From contig NC_134031.1 of the NCBI RefSeq assembly GCF_964204645.1, positions 9,548,001-9,612,000 on the forward strand: 64,000 bases of DNA. Direction: 5' to 3'. Source of the DNA: Tubulanus polymorphus (taxonomy: Eukaryota > Animalia > Nemertea). The notes under the pieces are model-generated. The model searched no databases and was not told the origin of the DNA. It was given only the letters and a program-made list of their open reading frames with translations. Of the stretch, positions 48,741-62,550 are shown piece by piece. A program made the position numbers and the translations under genes. The stretch's first letter is position 1; every line of letters starts with the position of its first letter.

Positions 48741-50531
48741 AGATTTTAGGGAGAATATTAGATTTTTAGTATTATTCTACAATAAAGATAGGAAATCGAT
48801 GAAAAATGCACTGGAGGAAAATGATATTATTCCACATGATTTACATAATGAATATATAGATAAATTGAAAAATGAAAACAAATCAAAATTACTATTTCGA
48901 TTACAACACCCATTTAAATATGAATTTATTTAAATTCAACTAGCTTGTTAATCTAGTATATTTTCAGTTACATTCTAGTTAAATTTTAGTTATTGGCAGT
49001 TGAAACATAAAAATATATATAAACGACAATATTTCAACTAGCTTGTTAATCTAGTATATTTTTAGTTACATTCTAGTTAAATTCTAGTTGAATTCTAGTT
49101 GCAACAACACAACTAATTTGTTTCTTATATAAATGGGAGGTGAAAAGAAAATAAAATCTAAAAATAGTGATGTTCCAATTGAAAAAACTTTGGATGATTT
49201 AGGTATAACAGAAACAAAATTAGCGTCAGATAATAATGGTGCTTTAAATGATATTACTACAAACAATAATTATGAATATTATCTTTATTGCAAACATCAA
49301 TTAGAAATATTAATAGCATCTGGGTAATGTAAAAGTTTTATTAGTAAAAATTTAACTTATAATGAATTAGATACAATGAAATCAGATGAAATTATTAAAT
49401 TATTTAAGATTTATGAAACTGCGAGAATAGCTAGAATTAATGATGCGTTATCAGAAAATGTAGTAAAAGGTTATAGTAAATTATGTAATTATATGCTGCC
49501 AATTCGAGATGAAAATAGATTATATTCCGATTTAAAAAATGATTATTTAGTTATGACTGATTTAAATAAATGGATTGGATATTTATAATTTCAATTAGGT
49601 GGATTTATGACGCTATTATCAACTGGAGTTATAACATTTTCAAATATTGAAAGTAAAATTTTTCTACAATAAATGAGCGAAGTGGAAGAGGTGAAAGGAT
49701 TAACTGTGAAGAAAAAACCGAGAACTCAGAAACAAATTGAATGGTCTCGACAATTAGGAATTAGATCAAGAGAATTTAAAAAAGCTATAAAAGAAAAAAT
49801 AAATGATAATGATGTTAATAAAAATGGTGAAAATATTGTTATTTCTACTCCTTCTGGTAATAGAATATTTGGTAGATATTCATATTTTACAACTGGATTC
49901 GTAATTGTATTCATTTTGATTGGTTGTAGTTGGTATAAGAAATCAAATAAAATCTATGATATTCATAATTCTGAAACTACTGCTATTAAAAATGAAAATA
50001 CTTCTGAAATTCCAAAATTAACAACAACAAAAATGGATTAATATTTTAGAAAAAAAGCAAAAAAATAATTTTATTTTAATTAATTGAATATCTCACTACT
50101 TTTGTCTATCTACGCGGAGCAATTTAATTGTCCAGATAAGTCATTTCGGATTCTTGATATTCATTATTTTTATTTTTTTATTTTCATTTTTGTATTATTT
50201 TATTTCTTAATTATTTAGTCAACAACTTCTAAATCATTATGCCCGTCTTCATTTTTCCCATGGTAAATTATTTTAAATCCTTCTAAATCTTTTAATTCCT
50301 CTATACTCAATGCAACCCATTTATCAGGTAAAAAGACTCGCGTTGTACTAACATTACAGTAACTTAAATTTGCTGATATTTTATCTCCATATTTAGTTTT
50401 TACCTTTTCTAATTTCAATATTTTGTGTTCAATTTCTTTTGTAACATCGACTAACTTTTTTATTTCAAATTGTTTTTTGTTGGTCTTATTCTGTTATTTC
50501 TTGTTGCTAAGAATGCTTTTCTATCTCCCAT
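48741..50531. mobile_element. Fragment of a more divergent Polinton (ATPase C-terminus, 49133 and 49673 genes, SSB-like gene on - strand)
   Basis: DFRENIRFLVLFYNKD; YKHQLEILIASG-type motif; RTQKQIEWSRQLG; KTKYGDKI..VFLPDKW. Confidence 0.8.
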
Positions 50532-50534
50532 TTA

Positions 50535-51060
50535 TTACTTGTGGTGATGCGTGGTCTGAAAACGCCATATTACAATTACTAATAGTTATCATGAATGAAT
50601 CGAAACCCAATCGCGATATGTCAATGCCATTTAGTGTGCGTAAGAAACTCTGCTATCAGGATATAATTAACGGATTAAAAAATAGAATCAACGTGAGTAA
50701 AATGCATGAAATCTAGATTACTGAAAACAAATGTTTCATAACTGCGAAAGATGAAGAGACGAGAAATCTGTTTGCAAGCCACCCCATCGAAATTCTGGGG
50801 TTTTCGGTAACATTACAAGATGCAAATCTACAACTGATTAATTTCAATATCGTGGATGCCTCGATTGAAATGTCCGACCAAACTATTATAACATTTATAT
50901 CAAAGTTTGGAAATTATGTACATGGTTCAATTAAACGTGGAATCATCAAGGCACGGAAATCTTTACTTGAACTCGTTATCTCCACTTAAGTAAAATAACT
51001 GGAACAGCTCCTAACTATACAAAAATCGGTGATTATTATGTCAGAATTTTCTAGAATGAT
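50535..51060 (+). mobile_element. 5' end and ORF1 fragment of a Tx1/L1-like LINE, interrupted by Polinton C
   Basis: From ATG 50591: ..IVDASIEMSDQTIITFISKFGNYVHGSIKRGIIK..TRYL..IGDYYVRIF, recognised by eye as ORF1-like. Confidence 0.55.
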
Positions 51061-51202
51061 AGTAATTAGATAATAGTTGTTTCAAATCAAAGGTCGAGCT
51101 CATAAAAAATAAAAATAAATTCTCGCACGCTCGAATTTATTTTTATTTTTTACTCACTCAACCTTTCAATCTTTAATTTGAAACAATTATTATCTAATTA
51201 CT
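51061..51202. repeat. 142-bp terminal hairpin of Polinton C
   Basis: AGTAATTAGATAATAGTTGTTTCAAA...AATTCTCGCACGCTCGAATT...TTTGAAACAATTATTATCTAATTACT. Confidence 0.93.
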
Positions 51203-51914
51203 CTAATAATTCCATATTTATGAATATAATATTTCTAAAATAAATTCTAATAAAAAGTTTATACAATAAATGGAGAGTAAACACGTACATAGTGAGAACA
51301 ATAAATCATTCTTAGATAGAATTAAAGTTACTACAAATGCTAAATCAGTAGATTATAAATCTCAAAAGTTAACTGAGTAAACAATTCATAAGAAATATTC
51401 AATTACTAATATTGAAACAACTACTAATAAATATGGTAATAAATTACTAATTCATCTAGAAAATGAAGGATTGAAAGGTACGGTAATAAATATAAATTTA
51501 GAACATATTTAGCAGATAGATTTCATAGATTATCTAGTGAATATCTAGAAGAATTATGGTCTGGTGATTTCTATTTTTAAATATAAATGTAAGAATGAAA
51601 AAGGGCATCATGATATAGATTTCGAAAAATATAAAATCAATTTAATAAAACATTTATATGATAAATGGAAGCAAATAAGAAGTACTACTGTCCAACATGT
51701 AAAATCAATATAGATAAATCTCAAAAAGCAAGACGTAATAATACTATATCTGACTTAGAGAATAAATTGAAATTAGAATATAAAGATGATATATTAGAAA
51801 CTAAATTAAATCTAAAAGTCATGTTAGAAATATTAATAATGATATTTCAGGTGAAGATTATTTTGATAAAGATAATGATAAGAAACAAGGTACAATTAAA
51901 ACAATAACAAATTA
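51061..51914 (+). mobile_element. Polinton C left end (hairpin, SSB-like pseudogene, PolB stub)
   Basis: Same order as copy D; MEANKKYYCPTC at 51665; cut by a Helentron end at 51915. Confidence 0.85.
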
Positions 51915-51952
51915 AAATATAGCTGCAAAGCAGCGATAACGGGTTTTCTGCA
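51915..51952 (-). mobile_element. Helentron 3' end
   Basis: AAATATAGCTGCAAAGCAGCGATAACGGGTTTTCTGC. Confidence 0.75.
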
Positions 51953-51974
51953 CAGTCTTAGAATCCTGTTCAAC

Positions 51975-52205
51975 GGTGGATTTCGACAAAGCATTTGATA
52001 AGGCACAACATAAGCCATTACTAAACATGCTATTAGGAAACAGTATCAATGATAGGTCGCTCAAATGGCTCAGCAGTTACCTCTGAACGAAAACTTGTAG
52101 CCGAAATCAACGAACTGCCTCATCTTGGAATAAGTCGGTCTCACTAGTGGAGTCACGCAAGGTAGTTTCCTAAGTCGTCTTTTGTTTAATGTCCTGACAA
52201 ATGAA
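51975..52205 (+). pseudogene. Non-LTR reverse transcriptase fragment (CR1/L2-like)
   Basis: VDFDKAFD, WLSSYLSER, TSGVTQGSFLSRLLFN. Confidence 0.75.
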
Positions 52206-53826
52206 ATATACAGGACCGAGTAAATTTCCAAAACGACCTTAACACGCCATTCGACCAAAAAACTTAATGTTTCGACAAGAAAATCTTGTTCGAATGCAAA
52301 CAATTCTGTTTGATCGAGCAATACACTTTTTGTTTGAACCAAAACTTTTATTCATTCTGTTTTTGTTGAAATGAAAAACTTTTTGTCCCGGCAAAAAATT
52401 TGGTTGAGCGAAAACAATTTTTTTCGAACGAATATTTGAATGAAAACAATTCTGTTCGATTGAACGAAATACTTAATACTTTTGTTCAGAAACTTCTAAC
52501 AATATACTTGTTCGAACGAAAAACTTAATGTTCTGACAAGAAAATTCGGTTCAAATTATAACGATCCTGTTTGATCGAACGATTGTTCGAACGAAAACCT
52601 TTCGTTTGGACAAAAAAAAAGTTTATTCAGCTTTGTTCTAACGATTGTTTCAAATTGGTTCAATCGAACAGAATATTATTAGTTCGAACGAAATCGCAAT
52701 TTTCGGTGCAAGTCGGTTGCGATACGATTGTCAGTAACTGTTTGCGACTATAGTTTCTGCCAGTTGCAAGAGCGCGTAGGTCAGTTGTGACAGTCGTGTC
52801 GCGTAGAATAAAGTAGAACACGTGCGACTCCTTGTGACTGGCGTTGCTGACAGTCGCGACCCGTCGCAAGGGAACGTAGGTCGATGAGTCGTTGCAACAC
52901 AATCGTCGCTGGCGGTCGCAGTGAATGGCGTCACAGTGAGTCACAAGCCGTCGCAAAGCCGACCTACGTCTGGCTTAAGTAATAATAATAATAACTGTCA
53001 TTTATATAGTTTTGCGAAAAGGGGATTCTTCGGCCACTTCTATAACCGATCCTTTTCGTTGTCACAATTTATGGCGACGCAGCACCGAGGCATCGTTCAA
53101 AATAACTTTAAATATAGCGAGGAAATAGTTAACTCGCCTGCTGCAAACGCGGTCAAAGTCAAAGCAGTGCCCCCATGACGTCACGTAATCAAGCCTCGTT
53201 CTCGATCACTTTCTTTGCCATAAGGTTGCTAAGGCCCAAATACCGCTAATTAGTCGTAATTTTTGATTTTTTTTTGCGAATCACGATTTAATGGCTTAAA
53301 ACAATAGAATGTCGATAAAATGAATTAAGTTTGAATAAAATTTATTTAATTCATATAATCCCTTTAATATATATATATTTCTATTAAATTAAACGTAAAC
53401 TACTATTTAAACGTAAACTATAAATATTTGAAAATAGTTTTTACACAATTTATATTTAGAATAATTATTGTAAAACTATTTATATATCTATATACTAGAC
53501 GTACCTAAGATTCTTGAAAGAATTCTTGGAAGAATAAAATATGAAATATTTTAAAAAATAATATGAATTGATTGTCTAGAAAATAATTAGAAATATAAAT
53601 TTGATATATATTTGTAACTTATTCAAACGTAAACTATAAACATTTGAAAATAGTTTTAATATAATTTATATTTAGAATAATTATTGTAAAACTATTTATA
53701 TATCTACATACTACAAACTATTTATATATCTATATACTAGACGTACGCAAGAATTCTTCCAAGATTCTTACCAAGATTCTTACTCGTACGTCTAGTACAT
53801 AGATATATAAATAGTTTCTATAAATT

Positions 53827-54810
53827 TCATTTCATAAATTCATATTCATATGGAATTTGAAGTCTCAAAAGTAATTTGGAACCTTTATTATTTTTTAATT
53901 TATTTATATATTCATCATGTAATTCAGTAGGTATAATTTGATTTTCTTGTACTTGGATGTTGATCGGAGATTGTTGCATAGATTTTCTATCTTTATTGTA
54001 GAATAAAACTAAAAATCTAATATCTTCCCTAAAATCTTTAAAAATTGAATAATACTTTGGATTCGAAACCCAAGTTGTTATTCCAAAATGTCTCCCAGAA
54101 AAAAGGTAAATCGCATAGTTCACTTTCTCTAACTTTTGAATCATGTAAATTAGCACAATCATCTATAATGAATAATGTATTTGATCCTTTATAAATATCG
54201 ATTGCTATTTTAAAACAATTATCTTCCACCGTTTTAGAATCTAATATAATAAACTGTCTATCTTTTAAAACTATATCCCTATTATATGTTTGATTCATTT
54301 CATAAGTAGGGCAGAATAATATTATATTATCAAAATGATTCTTATAAACAGTTTCTAATAAATCTAATATAAAATGTGTTCTACCACAATGTGTTACTCC
54401 AGTAACTAACATATTATGTGGTTCAAATATAAATAAATCTTTATTATTCATTTATTCTTTAATTTTACTAGATAAAATCCATTCATTAAATTAATCATCA
54501 TACCCTTTATATTTCACCAAAGAATATTTCTTACCACGCAACGTTTTTGTTTTCAATACCTTTTCTATTTTGTATTCTATATCATCAGGATTTGGTACAA
54601 GTGATAATTCTTGTTCATAAAAATAACGAAATATTTCTTCATCTTTTAAATCTTCTTATTTATAAACAAATGGTTTAGTAAATATTATTTTTTTTAATTT
54701 TAAATATTTCTTCAGTAAAATTTGGAGTATAACACTAAAATGTTTTTCGATATTTAGATATTGTAACATGTTGTCCTATTTTGAATTCAGGTTCTCCAAA
54801 ATCATGAGTG
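53827..54810 (-). pseudogene. Polinton packaging ATPase and integrase C-terminus/chromodomain (decayed)
   Basis: GVTHCGRT, FIIDDC; collinear with 36670-37630. Confidence 0.88.
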
Positions 54811-55739
54811 GTCGAAATTCGTATCTAGTAAGCGGCAAGACTGGAAGCCGGCGGAATCGAGGCACTTGTGCTACAAACATTTCCAGGACGGGTGTTTCGC
54901 AAATCTTTTGCAGTATGAAATGGATTTAGCTGATATGTAAGTACCATAATAGTTTGCCCTCAACCCTATCAGATTTATCATCATGGACTCTGCTCAATAG
55001 AATTCGGGATGAAAATCTTTCTCTGATTTTTAAGGTTGAAGGTCAATCGATATCTTTCATGTATTAACCTTGCGATTAATTTAGAATATCAATTATCCTA
55101 TTATTAAATCGTTGAACACCCACACTCACTTGTGCTATCGTGAAATTATCAATTTATTCAGATCTGCCAGATTCGGATTACTCATTTCCGATTCTCCCGT
55201 ACGTGTCTCACTGAATGCACGCATACAGCCGTGGCGTGTACACTCGAGTTAGGCCTCCACGCAGGAACAGCTGAGTCGCTGGGGCAAATCAATTACCACG
55301 AGCGAGGTCGACATAAATCATATACAGCTAGTCTGAATGTCAACCAGTCGTTGTTACGGGTGTTTGGGAACGACTTCTACATTATGAGAATGCCGGATTG
55401 CTAGCGTATCTATTCAACACCCGAATTGCTCGGGTTAGTTTTACTACCAACCGGTGGCGCTGGTAGGTAAACTCCAGGGCCGAAATACCAAATTCCTTTT
55501 CGGATCCAAGCTCCAGGGTCGAACTACACCCATAAAACTAACGACGACACCAGACGTATAATATTACAACGTACGTACATTTATTAAAGTACTGTGGCTG
55601 GGACTGACTGGTCAGTAAACAGATATTTATATAGGTACAGTTTATAGGGGTAAGTCAAGTATAAACACTGAATGATTCACACTGAACAGACCGAAGTCAG
55701 AATACCAAATAAACACTATACATACAACAACTATACAAT

Positions 55740-56114
55740 AACTGGGTAACACAACTGGGTAACAGGTAGAACACACGAAGATGCCAGAACTTGGTTTAAA
55801 AAATTCGAGCAATATGCACTTTTTGCAAATTGGGCTGAGGAAAAAAAATTAAAAGCATTCCCTTTGTATATGGAGGGCCTAGCATCCAAGTGGTATTGGA
55901 ATAATCATTTAGGGGAAGCAGAATATGGGAATAAAGACGGTGAGGTTGTCTTAATCAGAAATGCACAAAAATGGGAGAATTTGGCAGATTTGAAAACTGA
56001 TTTTTTGGAAAATTTGATTCTAAACAGACGAGATGGTTAAATGAACAAAAATTAAGTGCACGCCCTCATCGTATTGGAGAAAGTTTAGATGATTACATAA
56101 CAGACATTAATGCC
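55740..56114 (+). pseudogene. Gypsy-type gag fragment, interrupted by Polinton D
   Basis: EDARTWFKKFEQYA..WAEEKKLKAFPLYMEGLASKWY..WENLADLKTDFL..IGESLDDY. Confidence 0.75.
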
Positions 56115-56251
56115 AGTAATTGGTAATGTGTTTGTCCAGGCCAATGGTCGAGAGGTCGAGTGACTAGAAAAATAAATTCTCGCACGCTCCAATTTATTTT
56201 TCTACTCACTCGACTCAACCTTTGGCCTAAACAAACACATTACCAATTACT
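56115..56251. repeat. 137-bp terminal hairpin of Polinton D
   Basis: AGTAATTGGTAATGTGTTTG...AATTCTCGCACGCTCCAATT...CAAACACATTACCAATTACT. Confidence 0.93.
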
Positions 56252-56344
56252 TTAATATTCATATATATGAATAACATATAAATGAATAAAATATATAAAT
56301 GAATAACTTCTAAAATCAATTTTAATAAAAAATATGTTATTAAA

Positions 56345-56686
56345 ATGGAGAGTAAACAAGTACACAGTGAGAACAACAAATCATTTCTAGATAGAATCAA
56401 AGATACTACAAATGCTAAATCAGTAGATTATAAATTCAAAAAGGTAACAGAATTAATAATTCATAAGAAATATTTAATTACAAATATTGATGCAGTTACT
56501 AATAGATATGGTAGTAAATTAGTTATCCACTTAGAATATGAAGGATTAAAAGGAAATAAATATAAATTCAGAACATATTTACCAGATAGATTTCATAGAT
56601 TATCAAGTGAAGATTTAGAAGAATTATGTTCAGGTGATTTCTTTTTCATATATAAGGGTAAGAATGAAAAGGGCACCATGAAATAG
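56345..56686 (+). CDS. SSB-like small protein
   Basis: Homologue of 28037; TNRYGSKLVIHLE..FRTYLPDRF. Confidence 0.55.
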   Translation: MESKQVHSENNKSFLDRIKDTTNAKSVDYKFKKVTELIIHKKYLITNIDAVTNRYGSKLVIHLEYEGLKGNKYKFRTYLPDRFHRLSSEDLEELCSGDFFFIYKGKNEKGTMK

Positions 56687-56736
56687 ATTTTGAATAACTT
56701 CTAAAATCAATTTTAATAAGAAATTGGATATTAAAA

Positions 56737-59700
56737 TGGAAGCAAATAAGTACTACTGTTCAACATGTAAAATTGATATAGATAAATCTCAAAAAGCAAG
56801 ACAAAATAAAACTAAAACACTTTTAGAGAATAAATTGAAATTAGAATATAAAGATGATATATTAGAAACTAAATTAGATGGATTTAAGAATGAAAAAGAA
56901 ATATATAAATGAGATACATGTAATCAATCATTCAGCAACAAAAGATATTATAAAGAACATTAAAATCTAAAAGTCATATTAGAAATATGAATAATGATAT
57001 TTGAGGTGAAGATTATTTTGATAATAATAAAAATAAACCGATGACAATTAAAAGAATAAAAGATACTCTAAATAATAAGAAATTATACATGGAAGATGTA
57101 AGAAATTATATTAATTCATTAGATAATAAAAAAGAAATAGAAATAACTGAAGCATTTAAAAGTGATATTGGACCAGCCGTAATTGAGTTTAAATTTCATA
57201 AAGGTAAAACATTAGAAGAAAATGAAAAACATTTAGAATATATGAAAAATATTATAAGAATAATTACAGACGTAGAATACCCTAAAATTAGTATATCTTC
57301 TAAAGTAAAGTTTATAAAATCTGAAGATAAACCAATATATAATATAAATTCTCATTCGCAACATATCATTTCAAAACAGCATATAGATGATAGATTAGAT
57401 AAATGTTATAATGAAATAAAAAGTAAAATAGAAGAGAAATATTTTAAAGGATCAGGTTTAATATTTGATGAAATAATATTTATGACTTTATATGTAGACA
57501 ATATAAAATATAATAAGTTAACTAAATCACAACCAATAGATGAAAATAATTTATCATATTATAAAGATGAAAATATAAATGGATCAAGTTATATTAAACT
57601 ACCATTTAAAACTAATGCTGTTATAAATGTATAAAATGAAGATGATAAATGTTTTCTATGGACAATAATTAGTTGCTTACATCCAGTTGAAGATTATAAT
57701 CAACATATTTATAGATTAACAAATTATAAACAATTTGAAAATAATTATAAAATAGATAATTATCCAGTTAGAATTAAAGATATTCCAAAAATAGAAAGAG
57801 ATAATAATATAAAGATAAATGTGTTTGATTTAGTCAAATTACCAAAAACAAAAGGTAACAATATAAAACATTATACATTAGAACCTCTATACCTATCAAA
57901 AGATTATGATTCAAATGATGTTATAGATATATTATATTATGAGAATCATTATATGTGGATTAAAAGAATCGATTTTTTTTTTCAAATCAGAAAATGATAA
58001 TACTCGTAAAATATATCGTATAGTATATAGGAAATATATCTTATATTATGTAGAAATGTTGAGATAAATTCAGTAATGAAAGTGCATTATTAAATCATAA
58101 ACAATTATGTGAAAATCATGATTATTGTAAAATAGTTTTACCAAATGAAAAAAACAAGATATTAGAATTTAAGAAATATGATTACAGGAATAAAGTACCA
58201 TTTCTAATATATGGAGATTGTGAATCACTAAATAAAGAATTAACTGATCAAGTTAGAAAAGAAATATATTATAAAAGAAAGAATTTTAAATTCTAATGAA
58301 AATGATGTAATTGATTATTCAGATCCTCTAATAACAAATACTATTATAAAGAATCATCAATCAGCTGCAGCTTTCGGGTTATATATAAAATCTGATTATC
58401 CAGAACTAATTGAAAGTCAATATTATAATTATAGAAATGAAAATGTTATCAATCATTTTTGTGACTTATTAATTGAATATGAAATCAAATTTAGTAAACT
58501 ATTAGATACAAATAAAGAAATAATTATGACAGAAGAAGATAAAGAAGAATTGGAGTTTGCTGATAAATGTTATTATTGTGAAAAACTGTTTAATCTTAAA
58601 GATAAAAAAGTTAGAGATCATGATCATTTGAATGGAAGGTTTAGAGACGCAGCGCACGAGAATTGTAACTTACAAGCTAAGAGAATTAACTTTGTTCCAG
58701 TTATATTTCATAACTTATCAGGGTATGATGCACATTTATTTATCAAACAGCCATAAACATGTCATAAAATAGAAGAAATCAATTATGAAATCTGATTAAA
58801 TTTAAATAGATCAAAAGATAAAATACCAACATATAAATTTAAAATGTTAGCTGAAACATCTGAGAATTATATATCTTTCCAATTTGGGTGTCTAAGATTT
58901 ATAGATTCATATAGATTTTTAAGCAGTTCATTAGATAATTTATCAGAATCATTAGTTGATGATGAATTAAAAATATTAAAGCAACATTACCCAAATAATG
59001 ATGATTTTCAATTAATGAGATATACGGGAGCAATTCCATATTCATTTTATAAATCGCATAATGATTTCAATATAACTGAATTATAACTGAAGAACAATTC
59101 TATGATGAATTAAAAAATGAATATGTTAAAGGTGAAGTATATAACAGAACATTGAATATTTGGAATCATTTCAAAATAGAAAATCATGGACAATTAGTAG
59201 ATTTATATTTAAAATTAGATGTACTATTATTAACTGATATATTCGAAAGGTTTAGAAATGTAAATCTAAAATATTTTAATATTGATCCATGACATTGTTA
59301 TTCTAGTCCAGGTTTAACTTGGGATTGTGGTTTAAAATTTACAGATATAAAATGGATTTGTTAACAAATATAGATCAATTACTATTATTTGAAAAATCTA
59401 TAAGAGGAGGAGTGTCAGGTGTATTAGGTGATAGATATTTCAATGTAAATGATAACCCTGGATATAAATTATTATATATAGATGCAAATAATCTATATGG
59501 TTGGGCAATGATGGAACCTCAGCCTTATGGAGTATTTGAAATAACTGAAGTTTTACAGTATGAAAATAATGATAAATTTGATTGGAAGAAAATAATTCTA
59601 GATATTGCGGATGATTGAACATATTAAATTTAAATCTAGAAATCTAGCATACTGTCCCGAACATAAAACTGTAACACATGAAGAATTATCAAATTACAAA

Positions 59701-61760
59701 AAAAGAATTAAACCTGAAAATCATATTCATACAGAAAAGTTAATGGTAACTCAGGAAGATAAATATAAATATAGCTGCAAGCAGCGATAACGGGTTTCTG
59801 CCTTTCTGGATAGAATGTCGTTCAGGGATGCGAGCAAAGATTTCACACGAAATCAGTTCGTCACATTCCGTTTTTTGAAAGGGTGCCACCTAGGGGTCAA
59901 CTCACAACATGGATATGTTGACCCACATGTGCTACTACTCACAAAGTACTAATGTTTTGGGGGAAATAACATCGTGAAGAACGAAGCTACGGTGTTTTTA
60001 TCATTCGCTAGTGACAGTTTAAGCGCATCGGTTATTATTGGTTCCGAAAAAAGTCGACTAGATAAGAAAACCGAATTTGGCCCAAAGCACAAATTTGGCC
60101 TATAGGGTAAATTATGCAGGAGGAAGGCCTTATAGTGTTACTATTAGTAGAGGAGTGACAAGTCAGTCTGACAAGTCAAGCGATCAGATGAGGACTACAA
60201 TTCACCGACGCTGACATTTTCTGACGCTAACTAGTATGACCCACCTTTTGGACCGGACCAATTCAATTCAATTAAGAAAACGCGTACCGGTACAATAAAT
60301 AAATAAACCGCTGTTGATTTTTCGAAGTATTGATATCCACGAACAAAACTATACTATCATAGAATGTTTAAAATGAACTGCTTTTAATAACAGTATGAAT
60401 AAACTTACTTCACAAACAAGGAAGTACATTTTTAACTCGTGAACCCCAGTTATTCACAGTAACCTGTGATTTGGATATTCTCGGAGCCTTCCTTCTTTAG
60501 TTATTTATGAAATGAGGTCACAAACTTTCAGATACGCGCCAGTGTGCACGCCAATGCGCGCCATGATTGATGATTGCTATTTCCACCGGTGTTATCTTTA
60601 AGTAACTTCAAGTTTAAAATAGGAAGCACTGTACATCTATAGAAACTACTAGCAGCAAGAGACTGTTATATTATTATCAGAGTTTAACATTTCGTTTCAA
60701 AGTTAATAGTAGTCAAATCTAATAGAAGATGATTTTTATGTGACGAAACCAGTGGAAAATATGTTAAAATAATCAGCAGGAATCCAATAGGGTTTCTGCC
60801 GAGGCTGCAGAAACCCTAATTATGTAGTACATTATAGAACGTTAAAATTCTATTTGAATCAAGGAATGATTCTAAAAATAGTACATAGGTATATTTCATT
60901 CAGTCAATCTAAATGGTTAGAAAAATATATAGATTTTTACACTACACAATGAACTAAAGCTAAAACTGATTTCGAAAAAGATTTCTTCAAGTTAATGAAT
61001 AATGCATTCTATGGTAAGACTCGTGAAAATATTAGAAATAGAAATGATATTGAGTTAGTTAGCAATGCTAAAAGAATTAGACATTTACAATCATATCCAA
61101 AGTTTGTAGGTAACGGAATATTTGATGAAAATTTAGCAGCTGTAAAAATGAAAAGAACTTCTATGAAATTTAATAAGCCGATTTATGTTGGTGCTTCAGT
61201 TTTAGAAATATCAAAATTACTAATGTATGAATTTTACTATAACGTTACAGCCTCATATTGGAGAAAAGAATATAGAAATCTTTTATATTGATACTGACAG
61301 TTACATATTAAAGATTAAAACTAATAACATAACAGATGATTTAAAAACATTAAAACATCATTTTGATTTCAGTAACTATCCTAAATATCATGAATTCTTT
61401 AACAATGATAATAAAAAGGTGCCTGGTAAATTCAAAGATGAATTAGGAGGTGAAGAAATTATTGAATTCATTGGAATTCGATCAAAAATATATTCATATA
61501 AAACTAAAACTCATGAAGCTAAAAAGTTAAAAGGAATAACCAAAAGTGTAGTAGAAAAGAATATTCATTTCGAAGATTACATCAATTGTATATTTAATGA
61601 AGAAGTTAGAAAACATAAGATGAAATGTTTAAGATCAGAAGGTCATGAAATGTTTATTGAAGATAAGTTTGAACCCATTTGATGATAAAAGATATATTTT
61701 AGATGATGGAATTCATACAGTCGCGTACGGTTGCAAATTAGAAGAATACTTAAAATTTAA
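56737..61760 (+). pseudogene. Polinton PolB with EndoVII/HNH-like insert, many stops, split by a Helentron
   Basis: RDHDHLNGRFR, YIDANNLYGWAM, MNNAFYGKT, YIDTDS, KKVPGKFKDE. Confidence 0.95.
59767..60817 (-). mobile_element. Complete non-autonomous Helentron (~1.05 kb) inserted at an AA/TT site without TSD
   Basis: The empty site GAAGATAAATAT|AATTATGTAG is seen in copy B (~27200); terminal hairpins GCTGCAAGCAGC and AGGGTTTCTGC..GCAGAAACCCT. Confidence 0.9.
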
Positions 61761-61865
61761 AAGAGAAGAAACAAAAGAGAATGATACAATGAAAAGAATG
61801 ATACAATGAAAAGAATTGTAGCGTGTTAATCAAATCAAATTTTAGTAAAAAAATATGTATAATAA

Positions 61866-62550
61866 ATGGAGTCGGAGCAAACACAAACTATCAATATTAC
61901 AAATAGTGTTGTTAATATTTATCATAAGAAATGTTCAAAATGTGAATTGAATAAACAACTCTCGGATTATTATAATTATAAAACTCAGAAAGATGGTAAG
62001 CAAAGTTATTGTAGAACCTGTGTTAAAGAAATGAATAAGCAATACCGAGCAAATAATCCAGATTATCAAAAGGAATGGCGAAATGAGAATCCAGAATATT
62101 TAAGAGATTAGAAGAAAGATAATAGAGAACATTATAATGAGTATCAAAATAATTACCAAAAAGATATAAAACGGATCTTAATTTTAAATTGAAACAATGT
62201 TTAAGTTCTAGATTAACAAAATTATTCAGTAAAGAAACGCATTCAGCCACACTATCTAATTTATTGGGATGTTCAGATGAATTTCTCAAATCATGGATAA
62301 TATATCAGTTTAATGATGAAATGAATGAAAAAAACTATGGTGAATACTTTCATATTGATCATGTGTTACCAATATCGAAATTTGATATGAACGATGAATA
62401 CAATCAAAAGCTAATCTGGAGCTGGAAAAACTTAAGACCTTAAGAAAAAGTTGGAAATATTAGGAAAGGAAACAAACTTGATATGAAATTATATTTAGAT
62501 CAACTGAATAAAGCAAAGACATTTGTTGAATTATGGAACTCAACACGATG
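61866..62550 (+). pseudogene. Zn-ribbon + HNH endonuclease
   Basis: KKCSKC..YCRTC; FHIDHVLPISKF..WKNLRP. Confidence 0.85.

Noticed and set aside
52230-52980. GTTCGAAC-rich and GTCGC-rich stretches with short ORFs
   Set aside because: Look like decayed repeat/MITE internals; boundaries and family cannot be defined
55450-55475. Possible tRNA primer-binding site and LTR upstream of the gag fragment
   Set aside because: TGGCGCTGG is suggestive, but neither LTR boundary nor cognate tRNA can be established from this window
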